From: an uncultured Planctomycetia bacterium
GTDB taxonomy: Bacteria; Omnitrophota; Gorgyraeia; Duberdicusellales; 4484-171
Reading direction: 5' to 3'
Assembly (NCBI GenBank): GCA_964629655.1
Contig: CAZVQU010000002.1
Coordinates: 162,814-226,813, forward strand
DNA length: 64,000 nt
The notes beneath the pieces are model-generated. The model saw only the letters and a list, made by a program, of their open reading frames with translations, had not been told where the DNA came from and made no database searches. A program made the translations under genes and the position numbers. Position 1 is the stretch's first letter. Each line of letters begins with the position of its first letter. Positions 45,010 to 54,404 of this stretch are shown here, one piece after another.

Positions 45010-45499
45010 AAATCTTTTTTAGTATTTTTTCAAAGCGTTGGACAATAATTTTTGTAGCGCCTTCGGTATCTTTTGCTCTTACATTAATCCAGTGTATATA
45101 TAAAACACCACTATCCTTATCTATATCCACACTCATAGTGCCGGGGGTCAAGGTTATAGAATTAGCTAAAAAAGTAAGAGCAGTATCGCTCTTTAGGCTT
45201 GTCTTCACTTTAACAATTCCCGGTTTTATCGGTAAATCAGGATGCAATACGCGATAAGCAACATCAACATTTGCTTTAATAAGCTCCCATAAAAATACCG
45301 GTAAATAATGGGCAACGAAATACCAGTACCGCCAAGGATGCTTTAAGACATGCGGACGGGTAAGGAATAAATCTCCGGTTAGAATAGCTACAAAAGCTGC
45401 CACAAAAATTCCAGTTATAAGGTGCTGGGAATCGGGAACCCAGCTTAAAAGACACCAGCCTAAAAATGCTACCAGAAAAAGTATTATCCTACTTTTCAT
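45002..45499 (-). CDS. Mrp/Mnh antiporter subunit E-like protein (MbhA-like)
   Basis: 165 aa; LWELIKANVDVAYRVL...TLTPGTMSVDID MnhE signature. Confidence 0.6.
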   Translation of the reverse strand: MKSRIILFLVAFLGWCLLSWVPDSQHLITGIFVAAFVAILTGDLFLTRPHVLKHPWRYWYFVAHYLPVFLWELIKANVDVAYRVLHPDLPIKPGIVKVKTSLKSDTALTFLANSITLTPGTMSVDIDKDSGVLYIHWINVRAKDTEGATKIIVQRFEKILKKIFD

Positions 45500-45501
45500 T
45501 T

Positions 45502-47007
45502 CTACCTCACTGCCTCAAAAACTATCGGGCCATATTTTACACCTTTGGTGAGCACATCTGCAGCTGGTTTTAAGAAAACTTCTTTTATTCCCGGCAAAAG
45601 CAAAACTCCTCCGATAATACAGATACCGGCTAAAGCTATCATAGCCAAAACCATAAAAACAGGGACTTCTTTTATTTTGCGCCATTTTTCTCTTAGCTTA
45701 CCAAAAAAACCATACTTCATAACCTTAGTGAATGAAGCTAAAGTCAATACGCTGGCTAAAACTGCCCAAAAAGCATAACCAGGATGGCCAGCGCTTACAG
45801 CAGCAATTATAATCAACAGCTTACTCCAAAATCCATTAAAAGGCGGGATTCCGGCAATAGACATCGAAGCAGTAAGGCCAGTGGTGCTGGTTACCGGCAT
45901 TTTCTCTCTTAACCCACCCATTTTTTGTAAATCCCGGGTTCCTGCAGAATACTCTACTGCTCCCGAATTCAGAAACAAGAGCGACTTAAATATTGAATGG
46001 TTAAAGAGATGAAACAGACCGCCTAATATACCTAACGGTGTGCCTAAGCCAATGCCTAGAACAACATAACCGATTTGACTTATTGAATGGTATGCTAAGA
46101 GACGCTTAAAATCCCACTGACCAATCGCTAAGAATACTCCGATCACCATCGAAATTGCCCCCAGAAACATCAGCAAAGAAGAGATTTTTAAGCTTAATCC
46201 AATCACATTAAAAAATATCCTACAAATAGTATAAACACCTAGAGACTTTATCAGGACTCCTGAAAGCATGGCTGATATCGGAGCCGGTGCCGAAGGATGA
46301 GCATCAGGAAGCCAAGCATGAAAAGGAACTAATGCAGCTTTTAATCCGAAACCCATGATAAATAAAACACTTACTATAAGACCGATATTGCCAACGCCTT
46401 TCTCGGCCAAGATTACTGCCATATCAGCCATATTCAATGTTGAGGTATAACTATACAAGAATACAATTCCGATAAGAATAAAAAGGGAGCCAACAGTACT
46501 CATAACTGCATATTTAAAAGCAGCTTCTAACTCATGACGTTCAGTTCCGAAAGCAACTAAAGCATAGCTTGCTACTGAAGCAATCTCTAAAAATACAAAC
46601 AGGTTAAAAATATCGCCGGTAATAATTACCCCGTTCATTCCGGCTAACATCAAAAGGAATAAGGCATAAAACTTCCACTTAGAAGTATACTTCTCCATGT
46701 AATTTATCGCATAGATCGAGATTATAAAAGCAACTAAGTTTACAGTAACAAGCATGAATGAAGTTAGGCCATCAAGAACTAAGCCTATACCAACCGGCGG
46801 CTTCCAGTAACCAACACTGTAAACTACAGTTCCGTAAGAATTAGATAGCTTTACCGCAAAAATAGAGAGACAAAGTAAGGTAAAAGTAGTCAAGTTACCC
46901 AATGCATCTGGCAACCACTTTATTCTTTTACCAACCAGAGCAATTAAAAAAGCTCCTGATAACGCTATAGCTACAAAAAGAGGTATTATATTAATGCCTG
47001 GAATCAT
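45502..47007 (-). CDS. Proton/sodium-translocating antiporter-like subunit (MrpD/NuoN/MbhH family)
   Basis: 501 aa, ~14 TM, NuoL/M/N-family conserved core. Confidence 0.75.
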   Translation of the reverse strand: MIPGINIIPLFVAIALSGAFLIALVGKRIKWLPDALGNLTTFTLLCLSIFAVKLSNSYGTVVYSVGYWKPPVGIGLVLDGLTSFMLVTVNLVAFIISIYAINYMEKYTSKWKFYALFLLMLAGMNGVIITGDIFNLFVFLEIASVASYALVAFGTERHELEAAFKYAVMSTVGSLFILIGIVFLYSYTSTLNMADMAVILAEKGVGNIGLIVSVLFIMGFGLKAALVPFHAWLPDAHPSAPAPISAMLSGVLIKSLGVYTICRIFFNVIGLSLKISSLLMFLGAISMVIGVFLAIGQWDFKRLLAYHSISQIGYVVLGIGLGTPLGILGGLFHLFNHSIFKSLLFLNSGAVEYSAGTRDLQKMGGLREKMPVTSTTGLTASMSIAGIPPFNGFWSKLLIIIAAVSAGHPGYAFWAVLASVLTLASFTKVMKYGFFGKLREKWRKIKEVPVFMVLAMIALAGICIIGGVLLLPGIKEVFLKPAADVLTKGVKYGPIVFEAVR

Positions 47008-47348
47008 CCTCGCAACTCCCTAATTTTTGTAATATCAAAAGTACCGTATTTTTCATAAATTCTCATAGCAATAGCAACTAATAAAGCTGTAGTCGCTAAA
47101 CCAATAACAATAGCTGTAAGGACCAAAGCGTGCGGTAGGGGATCAACCATAGTAGAAGCAGATATGTCTGCTTGAGATGAGAATATCGGAGCTCTGCCGC
47201 CGATACGATAGGCTACCAAGATAAAAAAGAGATTAACAGCATACTCGCATATAATAATCCCCACAATAATCTTAATAATATTACGCTTTCGTAAAATACA
47301 ATATAGCCCTACGCAAAAAAGCACTAAGCAAAGAAAATATATCATCAT
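47004..47348 (-). CDS. MrpC/NuoK-like small membrane subunit
   Basis: 114 aa, 3 TM. Confidence 0.6.
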   Translation of the reverse strand: MMIYFLCLVLFCVGLYCILRKRNIIKIIVGIIICEYAVNLFFILVAYRIGGRAPIFSSQADISASTMVDPLPHALVLTAIVIGLATTALLVAIAMRIYEKYGTFDITKIRELRG

Positions 47349-47797
47349 TGTTTACTCTCCGATTCCAATTTTACTAAGACCAAGGCAACAAATATTGCAA
47401 ACAGTCCGGCACCAACCTTAAGACTAATAGCTATATTGCAAAGAGGGATAATCCCGGCACTAAATAACTCATAAGGACTTCCTTTAGTCATGAAGTTTAA
47501 GAAAAAATATCCTCCGGTAAAACCTAGCAAAGCTATAGCTAAAAACATTATTGCTCCGGCGTTCTCTAAAAATGAGACCATTCCTTTAGGGAATTTCTTC
47601 AAAGCAACCTCCTTGCCGTAAGCTAACATAAGATGGATGAAGGAAAGGGCAATGATAACCCCTCCGGCAAATCCTCCACCGGGAGATAAGTGACCATGCG
47701 TGAGAATATAAATACCGTAGAGCAATATCAAGCCTATTGTAAGACGGGTAATAGTCTTAACAATTACTGACATACCTTTGTCGTGTTCTCTACTCAT
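47345..47797 (-). CDS. MrpB/MnhB-like membrane subunit
   Basis: HGHLSPGGGFAGGVIIALSFI motif typical of MrpB; 150 aa. Confidence 0.65.
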   Translation of the reverse strand: MSREHDKGMSVIVKTITRLTIGLILLYGIYILTHGHLSPGGGFAGGVIIALSFIHLMLAYGKEVALKKFPKGMVSFLENAGAIMFLAIALLGFTGGYFFLNFMTKGSPYELFSAGIIPLCNIAISLKVGAGLFAIFVALVLVKLESESKQ

Positions 47798-48335
47798 CTT
47801 CTTCTATGACCTCATCTTGTTTTTTTCTGCCGATTTTACGCACAACAGCCAAAACTCCGATTACAGCAGTGAATAGCACTGTGGCCTCACCTAAAGTATC
47901 ATAGGCTCTAAAATCTAATATTACCGAAGAAACAACATTAGCTGCACCGGTCTGGCTTAGCCCCTTAGCAAGATATATTTTGGCAACTTTCATAATTGGA
48001 TAACCAAAACTAGGCAATTCCCTTAAAGCCTTGATAACGACAAATAAGAATATGGCGATAAAGCTGAGAGTAATAAGTGTATTTAGAAACCATCTGCCAG
48101 TAGTAGCGAAAGGTAAATCTTTCTTCAAGGTCGCTCGAATCAAAATCATCAAACACAATATCTCAACTACAAGCTGGGTAATTGCTACATCCGGTGCTTT
48201 TAAAATTAAAAAGACCATAGAAAGTGCTATGCCCACTGCACCAACGGTTACCACCGAAGAAAGTAAATCCTTCACCTCGATAGCAATTACTGCACCGATG
48301 ATCATAAATATTAGAAGAATGTATAGCTCAATCAT
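47790..48335 (-). CDS. MnhB-domain (DUF4040) membrane subunit (MbhD/E-like); start placed at internal ATG 48335
   Basis: ANVVSSVILDFRAYDTLGEATVLFTAVIGV MnhB-domain signature. The ORF-track start at 48389 overlaps the upstream gene by 49 nt, whereas the ATG at 48335 lies 5 nt after the upstream stop. Confidence 0.55.
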   Translation of the reverse strand: MIELYILLIFMIIGAVIAIEVKDLLSSVVTVGAVGIALSMVFLILKAPDVAITQLVVEILCLMILIRATLKKDLPFATTGRWFLNTLITLSFIAIFLFVVIKALRELPSFGYPIMKVAKIYLAKGLSQTGAANVVSSVILDFRAYDTLGEATVLFTAVIGVLAVVRKIGRKKQDEVIEEDE

Positions 48336-48340
48336 AAGAC

Positions 48341-49996
48341 CTACCGCAACAGAATATAGAATATTATCGCCATACCTAAAAGGCACCAAGCCATGTAGGT
48401 AGGAAGTATCCCATTGTGAATGAAACGCAATACCTTGTTAAAACCAAAAGTTATCTTCGAACCAACCTCGTAGACATCAAAGACCTTCTTCTTGGCTAAT
48501 TTGTATATAGCTTTAAGGAAACCGAACTCTTGAATCGTATGATAGAAGTCAATGCCGGAGACTCGCATATCAGGATGCTTTTCTAAAAACTCTCCTCCGA
48601 CGAAACTTTCGGTCTCTCTTGTCTTAGTCGCCTTACCAAGAAGATAGATTACCATACCAATAATAATTCCGATGACTATTAAAACTGTAGCTAAACCAGC
48701 ATCCCAAACCCCAGTGAATCCAACTCCCCCTCCTAAACTAGGGAAGACAAACATTTTAAGCGGAACTGTGAGAGCAAAGACTCCAAAAACAATACAAAGT
48801 ATAGCTAAAAAGCATTGAGGAATCCACATACTCGGACCAACATCTCTTAAAACCTTGCCGGCAACTCCTGATTCGCAAGAAGGCTGGCCCAAGAATACAG
48901 CATGAATTAACTTCATAAAACTAGCTAAGGTAAGAGCGCTACCAAACATAGCCGCAACCAACCAAACTATCCAGAGATATCCTCCACCCTTAGCAGTCTC
49001 GATTATGCCCTGATAAATCATCCACTTCGAAGCAAAGCCATTAAAAGGCGGAACCCCGGAAATTGCTAAAGACGCTATAAGAAAGGTAACGAATGTAATT
49101 GGCATAGCTTTAGCTAAACCACCTAATTTTCCCAAATCTGTAGTCCCGGCCTTCTTCTCTACTGAGCCGCCGGAAAAGAATAAACAGGATTTATAAATTG
49201 CATGATTTAACATGTGAAATAGACCACCAGCAATTCCAATTGGATTTCCGGTTCCAATACCTAAGACCATATATCCAACCTGGCTAACAGCATGGTATCC
49301 TAAGAGCCTCTTTAAATCGTGTTGAATTAGAGCCATCATAACTGCAGCTACGATCGTAATGCTGCCGACTACCATCAAAAAAGTATTCATGCCGTTGTCC
49401 ATCTGAAAGATATTCAACGATAATCTAGCCAAGAAATAAATACCAAGAAGCTTATCCAAAGAGGCTGGTAGAAAAGCAGTGACTGGTGTCGGTCCATCTT
49501 CGGCAGCATCAGGAACCCAGGTATGAAAAGGCATAGCTCCGGCCTTAGCAAAGGCACCGGCTGCCAGGTACAAATAAGCCAAGACTGCTACGTGAGTATT
49601 CAAAGGTATACTCATCTTATCAATCTGGAAATTCTTGGTTAATGCCCAGATAAAAGCTACCCCCAAAAGCATTAGGGCGTCGGTTCCACCAATTATAATA
49701 AAAGCTTTCTTTGCTGTAGCTTGAGTCTGAGCCTTTTTCCCAAAACCAATTAAAAGATACAAAAGCATACCCAAGAAACCCCAGAAGACCATAAACAGAA
49801 TAATATTGTTGGAAAAAACAGCGCCTAAAGAAGCTAAAAGGGTAAGAACTATATATAGGTAATAACGAATTAGCTCCTTGCCTCTCTTCATAAAACCTAC
49901 TGAATAGATAATCGTCAGTAGTGAGAATATTCCAATAAATATCCCTACAAATATAGAAAGTTTATCGAATTTGAAAAATTGTTCAATCAAGCTCAT
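48341..49996 (-). CDS. MrpA/NuoL-like large antiporter-type membrane subunit
   Basis: 551 aa, ~16 TM, NuoL-family core (WVPDAAEDGPTPVTAF...). Confidence 0.75.
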   Translation of the reverse strand: MSLIEQFFKFDKLSIFVGIFIGIFSLLTIIYSVGFMKRGKELIRYYLYIVLTLLASLGAVFSNNIILFMVFWGFLGMLLYLLIGFGKKAQTQATAKKAFIIIGGTDALMLLGVAFIWALTKNFQIDKMSIPLNTHVAVLAYLYLAAGAFAKAGAMPFHTWVPDAAEDGPTPVTAFLPASLDKLLGIYFLARLSLNIFQMDNGMNTFLMVVGSITIVAAVMMALIQHDLKRLLGYHAVSQVGYMVLGIGTGNPIGIAGGLFHMLNHAIYKSCLFFSGGSVEKKAGTTDLGKLGGLAKAMPITFVTFLIASLAISGVPPFNGFASKWMIYQGIIETAKGGGYLWIVWLVAAMFGSALTLASFMKLIHAVFLGQPSCESGVAGKVLRDVGPSMWIPQCFLAILCIVFGVFALTVPLKMFVFPSLGGGVGFTGVWDAGLATVLIVIGIIIGMVIYLLGKATKTRETESFVGGEFLEKHPDMRVSGIDFYHTIQEFGFLKAIYKLAKKKVFDVYEVGSKITFGFNKVLRFIHNGILPTYMAWCLLGMAIIFYILLR

Positions 49997-51177
49997 TTAA
50001 TACCTAATTTACTCTTTACTTGTGCAGTCTTCTCTTGTGAGAGCCGTATTAGATCTTCTCCGTTGTAAATCTTCTTCCCTTTAGTATTACGTACAGCCAT
50101 TCTCTCGGTACAGCAATAACAAGGGTCAATAGCTGCAAAGATTATAGTTGCGTCAGATATAGTCTGGCCAACAACAGTTGATTTATAAGTTGGTAAATTC
50201 ATAAAAGTTGGCGCTCTAACCTTATGACGAGCCGGTCGGTTAGTGCCGTCACTCTTCACATAATGGAAACACTCTCCTCTTGGCGCTTCAATCTGGCCAA
50301 TACCTTCTCCGGGAGGAATGCTCTTAATTTTAGCGTCGATCTCACCTTTAGGAAGGTTCAAGAGACAGTGTTTTATTATTTTTATAGATTCAAAGGTCTC
50401 CAAAACTCTTACTACTAACTTATCAAAGACATCACCATTGGAAGTTACAATCATATCCCAGTCTAACTCCTGGTAAGCTCCATAAGGACAATCTTTTCGC
50501 AAGTCCTTAGCTACGCCTGATGCTCTTGAGGTCGGACCCAGAGCCGAATACCTTATAGCGTCTTCTTTGGTAAGTACGCCTATTCCTTTAGTCCGGGCAT
50601 GCAACACCGGATCATCAATAACTGCCTTTTTAAGCATTATCAATGTCGGTATAATTGAATCTATTTTCTTCAAAACTGTCGGTATGTCATCTGCTTTTAT
50701 GTCTCTTCTTACTCCTCCGGGTTTAAACATAGCGTAATTATTTCTATTTCCTGATAGAATTTCCATAGCATCTAGTATTTCTTCTCTTAACTTCCAAGCC
50801 CACATGTATACTGTATTATACCCTAAGAAGTGTCCTGCTAAGCCCAACCAAAGAAGATGGGAGTGTATCCTCTCACCCTCAGCAATTATAGTTCGGATAT
50901 ACTTGGCCCGCTCGGGTACCTCCAAAGAAATAACATCCTCAACCGCCCTGGTATAAGCAAAAGGGTGGCTAGTAGAACAAATACCGCAAATTCTCTCAAC
51001 CAGAAAAGTTGATTGGTCAAAGGTTTTGCGTTCGGAAAGTTTTTCTATGCCCCGATGGTTATAGCCTACTTCAACCTCAACAGCGACAATCTTTTCACCC
51101 TCAACAGTAAGCGTAAAAAACTCCGGTTCTTCCTGCAAAGGATGATAAGGTCCTATCGGTACTATTGTTCTTGCCAT
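49993..51177 (-). CDS. Group 4 (energy-converting, membrane-bound) [NiFe] hydrogenase catalytic large subunit (MbhL/EchE/HycE-like)
   Basis: N-terminal L1 motif ERICGICSTSH and C-terminal L2 motif AIDPCYCCTERM, the four Ni-Fe-ligating cysteines absent from NuoD; 394 aa. Confidence 0.85.
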   Translation of the reverse strand: MARTIVPIGPYHPLQEEPEFFTLTVEGEKIVAVEVEVGYNHRGIEKLSERKTFDQSTFLVERICGICSTSHPFAYTRAVEDVISLEVPERAKYIRTIIAEGERIHSHLLWLGLAGHFLGYNTVYMWAWKLREEILDAMEILSGNRNNYAMFKPGGVRRDIKADDIPTVLKKIDSIIPTLIMLKKAVIDDPVLHARTKGIGVLTKEDAIRYSALGPTSRASGVAKDLRKDCPYGAYQELDWDMIVTSNGDVFDKLVVRVLETFESIKIIKHCLLNLPKGEIDAKIKSIPPGEGIGQIEAPRGECFHYVKSDGTNRPARHKVRAPTFMNLPTYKSTVVGQTISDATIIFAAIDPCYCCTERMAVRNTKGKKIYNGEDLIRLSQEKTAQVKSKLGIK

Positions 51178-51653
51178 TATACTCCTCTATCTCTAATTGC
51201 TTTCCCATCCCACTCTTTGTAGTCTTTACGTAAAGGATAAGAATCTTTCGGCCACTCATCAGGTAAAAGAAGTTTTCTTAAATCAGGATGGCCCTTAAAA
51301 TTAATTCCCAACATCTCAGTAATCTCCCGTTCAATCCAATTTGCCGCTTCAAATGAAGGCGTAAGCGAGTCTATCTCTAGCTTTGGCTTGGCTAACTTTA
51401 CTCTTAAAGAAATTACTAGATTTATATCGTCAAAGGTAAAATGATATAAGATCTCCATATGAGAACGGGCATCAACGCCGGATGCAATACTAAACCTGGC
51501 CTTTAAGTTTTTAAAAATATATTCTGCAACCTTAACAAGCGAAGAAGGCTTAATCTCGATATATACCCGAGTAGAAGACTTATCAACAAGATCAATAATG
51601 TCCTCCTTAAATTTCTGGTTAATATCTCCTAAAACGCCACTTCTGTCCATCAT
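51177..51653 (-). CDS. NuoC/MbhK-like subunit of group 4 hydrogenase
   Basis: 158 aa; NuoC-family fold (EREITEMLGINFKGHPDLRKLLLPDEW). Confidence 0.7.
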   Translation of the reverse strand: MMDRSGVLGDINQKFKEDIIDLVDKSSTRVYIEIKPSSLVKVAEYIFKNLKARFSIASGVDARSHMEILYHFTFDDINLVISLRVKLAKPKLEIDSLTPSFEAANWIEREITEMLGINFKGHPDLRKLLLPDEWPKDSYPLRKDYKEWDGKAIRDRGV

Positions 51654-52090
51654 TTCCCCTTCTTCTTGATTGTACCTTGTACCTTTCCGATTAGTTTAAC
51701 TACACCGGCAATAATAGCCTCTGGCTTAGGTGGACATCCCGGAATGTAAACATCCACCGGAATAATCTTATCTATCGGAACCGGACAATTGTAGCTATGT
51801 ATAAACATACCCCTAGACAAAGAGCACTCTCCGATTGCCACCACTAAACAAGGTTTAGGCACCTGATCATATAATCTCTTGACTCGCTCCATTGATTTTC
51901 TATTAGCTGAACCAGTAACCAAGAGCACATCAGCATGCCTTATGCTCCCGGCCAAAATCATGCCAAACCTCTCGATATCAAACCTGGGAGTAAGGCAATC
52001 CAATATCTCGATATCGCAATTATTGCAGCTGCCGGTAGCAAGATGAAAGACCCAGGGTGATTTTAATAATGCTTTTAACTTTACACTCAT
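51650..52090 (-). CDS. [NiFe] hydrogenase small subunit of NuoB type (MbhJ/EchC/HycG-like), proximal [4Fe-4S]
   Basis: GSCNNCDIE ... GECS ... GCPP cysteine pattern of NuoB-like subunits; 146 aa. Confidence 0.8.
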   Translation of the reverse strand: MSVKLKALLKSPWVFHLATGSCNNCDIEILDCLTPRFDIERFGMILAGSIRHADVLLVTGSANRKSMERVKRLYDQVPKPCLVVAIGECSLSRGMFIHSYNCPVPIDKIIPVDVYIPGCPPKPEAIIAGVVKLIGKVQGTIKKKGK

Positions 52091-52091
52091 A

Positions 52092-53015
52092 TTACTTTCC
52101 GATTAATGCTAAAGCAACTGCCAATGCGGCGATTATGGTCATCGGGCCCCAGAAAAACCGCATTGCCTGATCAATCCTTACCCGAGGATTGGTATTTCTA
52201 ATAACTGTTATGAGAGCAACTATGCCCACATACTTTAATATTCCAAAAAGTAAGTGTATCCCGTCAAACCTTAAACCGCCCATAAGAAGAATCATTAAAA
52301 AAAACGGCAAGACAAATAAAAGCATATTTTTAGTGAGTCTGTAGATAGCCAGTCCTGTTCCTGAATATTCGATTAGCGGACCGCCGACTATCTCGGTTTC
52401 AGCCTCAGGAATATCAAAGGGAACTAAAGCTAATTTAGCCTGCACACACATTATAAGCACGATGAAAGCTAATATCCCTGATAAATTTCCCAAGATTACT
52501 CCATTTTGAGCCTGGGCAGTTATGATTTCCCCTAAGCGTATAGAAAAGTTAGATTTTATAACCGGAACTAATACTGCCAAAACAAAGGGAAGCTCATAAC
52601 TCAAGATTAGTTTCATCTCCCGAGATGCCCCCAAGCTCGCTAAGGGATTACGAGAAGCAAAACCACCAATAATAATACTCATTGAAGGGATAGTTAATAA
52701 ATATAAAACTACTATTAAATCGCCAAGGAAAGTCTTACCGGGATTAATATTGTTCAGCCACAGGAGAGTAGATACTAAGATTACACCAGCAAGCCCAACA
52801 ACCGGAGCCATAAGAAAGGTCGACTTTGACGAACCGACCGGTACAAGATTCTCTTTCCCAAGAAGCTTTACAATGTCTATTAAGGGCTGCAGAATCGGTG
52901 GTCCCTTCCGATACTGAACCCGGGCAGTAACTTTACGGTCTATCCAACTAGCCAGCAACCCAATAACCGCTGTTGCCAGAAAACCAAATACTAAAAAATA
53001 GAATAAATAAATCAT
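52092..53015 (-). CDS. NuoH/MbhM/HycD-like membrane subunit
   Basis: 307 aa, 8 TM, NuoH-family. Confidence 0.75.
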   Translation of the reverse strand: MIYLFYFLVFGFLATAVIGLLASWIDRKVTARVQYRKGPPILQPLIDIVKLLGKENLVPVGSSKSTFLMAPVVGLAGVILVSTLLWLNNINPGKTFLGDLIVVLYLLTIPSMSIIIGGFASRNPLASLGASREMKLILSYELPFVLAVLVPVIKSNFSIRLGEIITAQAQNGVILGNLSGILAFIVLIMCVQAKLALVPFDIPEAETEIVGGPLIEYSGTGLAIYRLTKNMLLFVLPFFLMILLMGGLRFDGIHLLFGILKYVGIVALITVIRNTNPRVRIDQAMRFFWGPMTIIAALAVALALIGK

Positions 53016-53578
53016 GCCCTGTCTCTTTCCCAGTGAGTTGAATGAACTATCAAATTATCACCGACTAAAAATGTATTTTCGTCAAGCTCAACGCTTCCTT
53101 CTTTTAAACTTAAAGCTCCATGAGGGCAACTCTTTATACATAGAGGTTCACTCTTGGCCTCTCTTCTGTCTAAACAAAAATCACAATTATGAATCAAGTA
53201 AGGCACATGCTCAGGATATATAGTGCCATAGGGACAAGCATGGGAACAAGATTTACAACTTACACAACGCATATTATGACGTATTAACAGTTTATTTTTA
53301 TCTTCTTGCTGTTCTAAGGCATCGGCTGGACAAGAGTCAACGCAGTGAGGCTCCTCGCACCGACGACAGACAAGAGCATAGGTAGCAAGCTCAGCCACCG
53401 AGATAATACCATTATTCACCGGGCTCTGAGTGTGGTAATAATAACTGCATTCAAGCACGCACTCTTTACATTCACCAGAAGCACAAAGGTCTAAGTCAAC
53501 GAATAGCCTCCTATCCTTTGATTTTTTAGCATTTACGTTTAACTTGCCTTGATGTAATTGTTCTGCGCTTGAACTCAT
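53012..53578 (-). CDS. HycB-like polyferredoxin (four [4Fe-4S]-binding Cys motifs)
   Basis: CASGECKECVLEC, CRRCEEPHCVDSCP, CVSCKSCSHACP, CDFC...CIKSCP; 188 aa. Confidence 0.75.
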   Translation of the reverse strand: MSSSAEQLHQGKLNVNAKKSKDRRLFVDLDLCASGECKECVLECSYYYHTQSPVNNGIISVAELATYALVCRRCEEPHCVDSCPADALEQQEDKNKLLIRHNMRCVSCKSCSHACPYGTIYPEHVPYLIHNCDFCLDRREAKSEPLCIKSCPHGALSLKEGSVELDENTFLVGDNLIVHSTHWERDRA

Positions 53579-53579
53579 T

Positions 53580-54404
53580 TTAATCCCAAATTTCGTGAAA
53601 GTTCTTTATCTTATCGTAGGTAAAAACCGGACCATCTTTGCAAGCATAGTAGATTCCGATTCGACAATGCCCACACTTACCAATACCACAAGACATGTTC
53701 TTCTCCATCGAAAGGTAGATATTCTCATCGACAAAGCCCATCTCGAGGAGTTTCTTGGTGGCAAATTTCATCATTATCGGCGGCCCACAAACAACAGCAA
53801 TGCCTTTTCCGCAATCCATGCCTAAATCATCTAATATGGTAGTGACAACACCAACATTACCATTCCACTGGCTATCGCCCTTATCTACAGTAAGCTTTAA
53901 GTCTAAATCATCCCGCTGGGCCCATTCGCCCATCTCGCCTCTATAGACTAATTCTTGAGAAGTCTTACAACCACCTCTAAAAATCAGCTTTTTAAACTCA
54001 CTGCTCCTATGAAAAAGTGCATACATAAGACTACGCAGAGGTGCAAAACCGCACCCTCCTCCAACAACCAAAACTTCTTTTCCTTTAAACTCATCTAAGG
54101 GGTATCCTTGCCCCATCGGGCCCCTTACGCCAATAATATCTCCTTTCTTTAGCTGATGAATCTTCTCAGTAACTTTGCCAACCCTCATCACAGTAACTTC
54201 CATTAAGTCCTTTACCGTAGATTTTGAAGACGGAGTAAAAGGAGCCTCTCCTACCCCAGGGATAGTTACCTCTATAAACTGACCGGTAGCAAAACCGATC
54301 GGTTCCTGTGGCTTAAACTTAATAGTCTTTATGGTAGGAGTCTCCTCGATAACTTCCACAATCTCAGCTTTAATCGATCGATAAGGATTTTTACAATTAA
54401 TCAT
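53580..54404 (-). CDS. FAD/NAD(P)-binding oxidoreductase with C-terminal [2Fe-2S] (AsrB / sulfhydrogenase gamma / PyrK family)
   Basis: FNR-like fold (RFTP... VVGGGCGFAPLRSL) and C-terminal CGIGKCGHCRIG cluster; 274 aa. Confidence 0.7.
   Translation of the reverse strand: MINCKNPYRSIKAEIVEVIEETPTIKTIKFKPQEPIGFATGQFIEVTIPGVGEAPFTPSSKSTVKDLMEVTVMRVGKVTEKIHQLKKGDIIGVRGPMGQGYPLDEFKGKEVLVVGGGCGFAPLRSLMYALFHRSSEFKKLIFRGGCKTSQELVYRGEMGEWAQRDDLDLKLTVDKGDSQWNGNVGVVTTILDDLGMDCGKGIAVVCGPPIMMKFATKKLLEMGFVDENIYLSMEKNMSCGIGKCGHCRIGIYYACKDGPVFTYDKIKNFHEIWD

Noticed and set aside
49993-51177. Calling the 394-aa protein NuoD (complex I 49-kDa subunit)
   Set aside because: It retains both Ni-Fe binding cysteine pairs (RICGICS, DPCYCC), so it is a hydrogenase large subunit.
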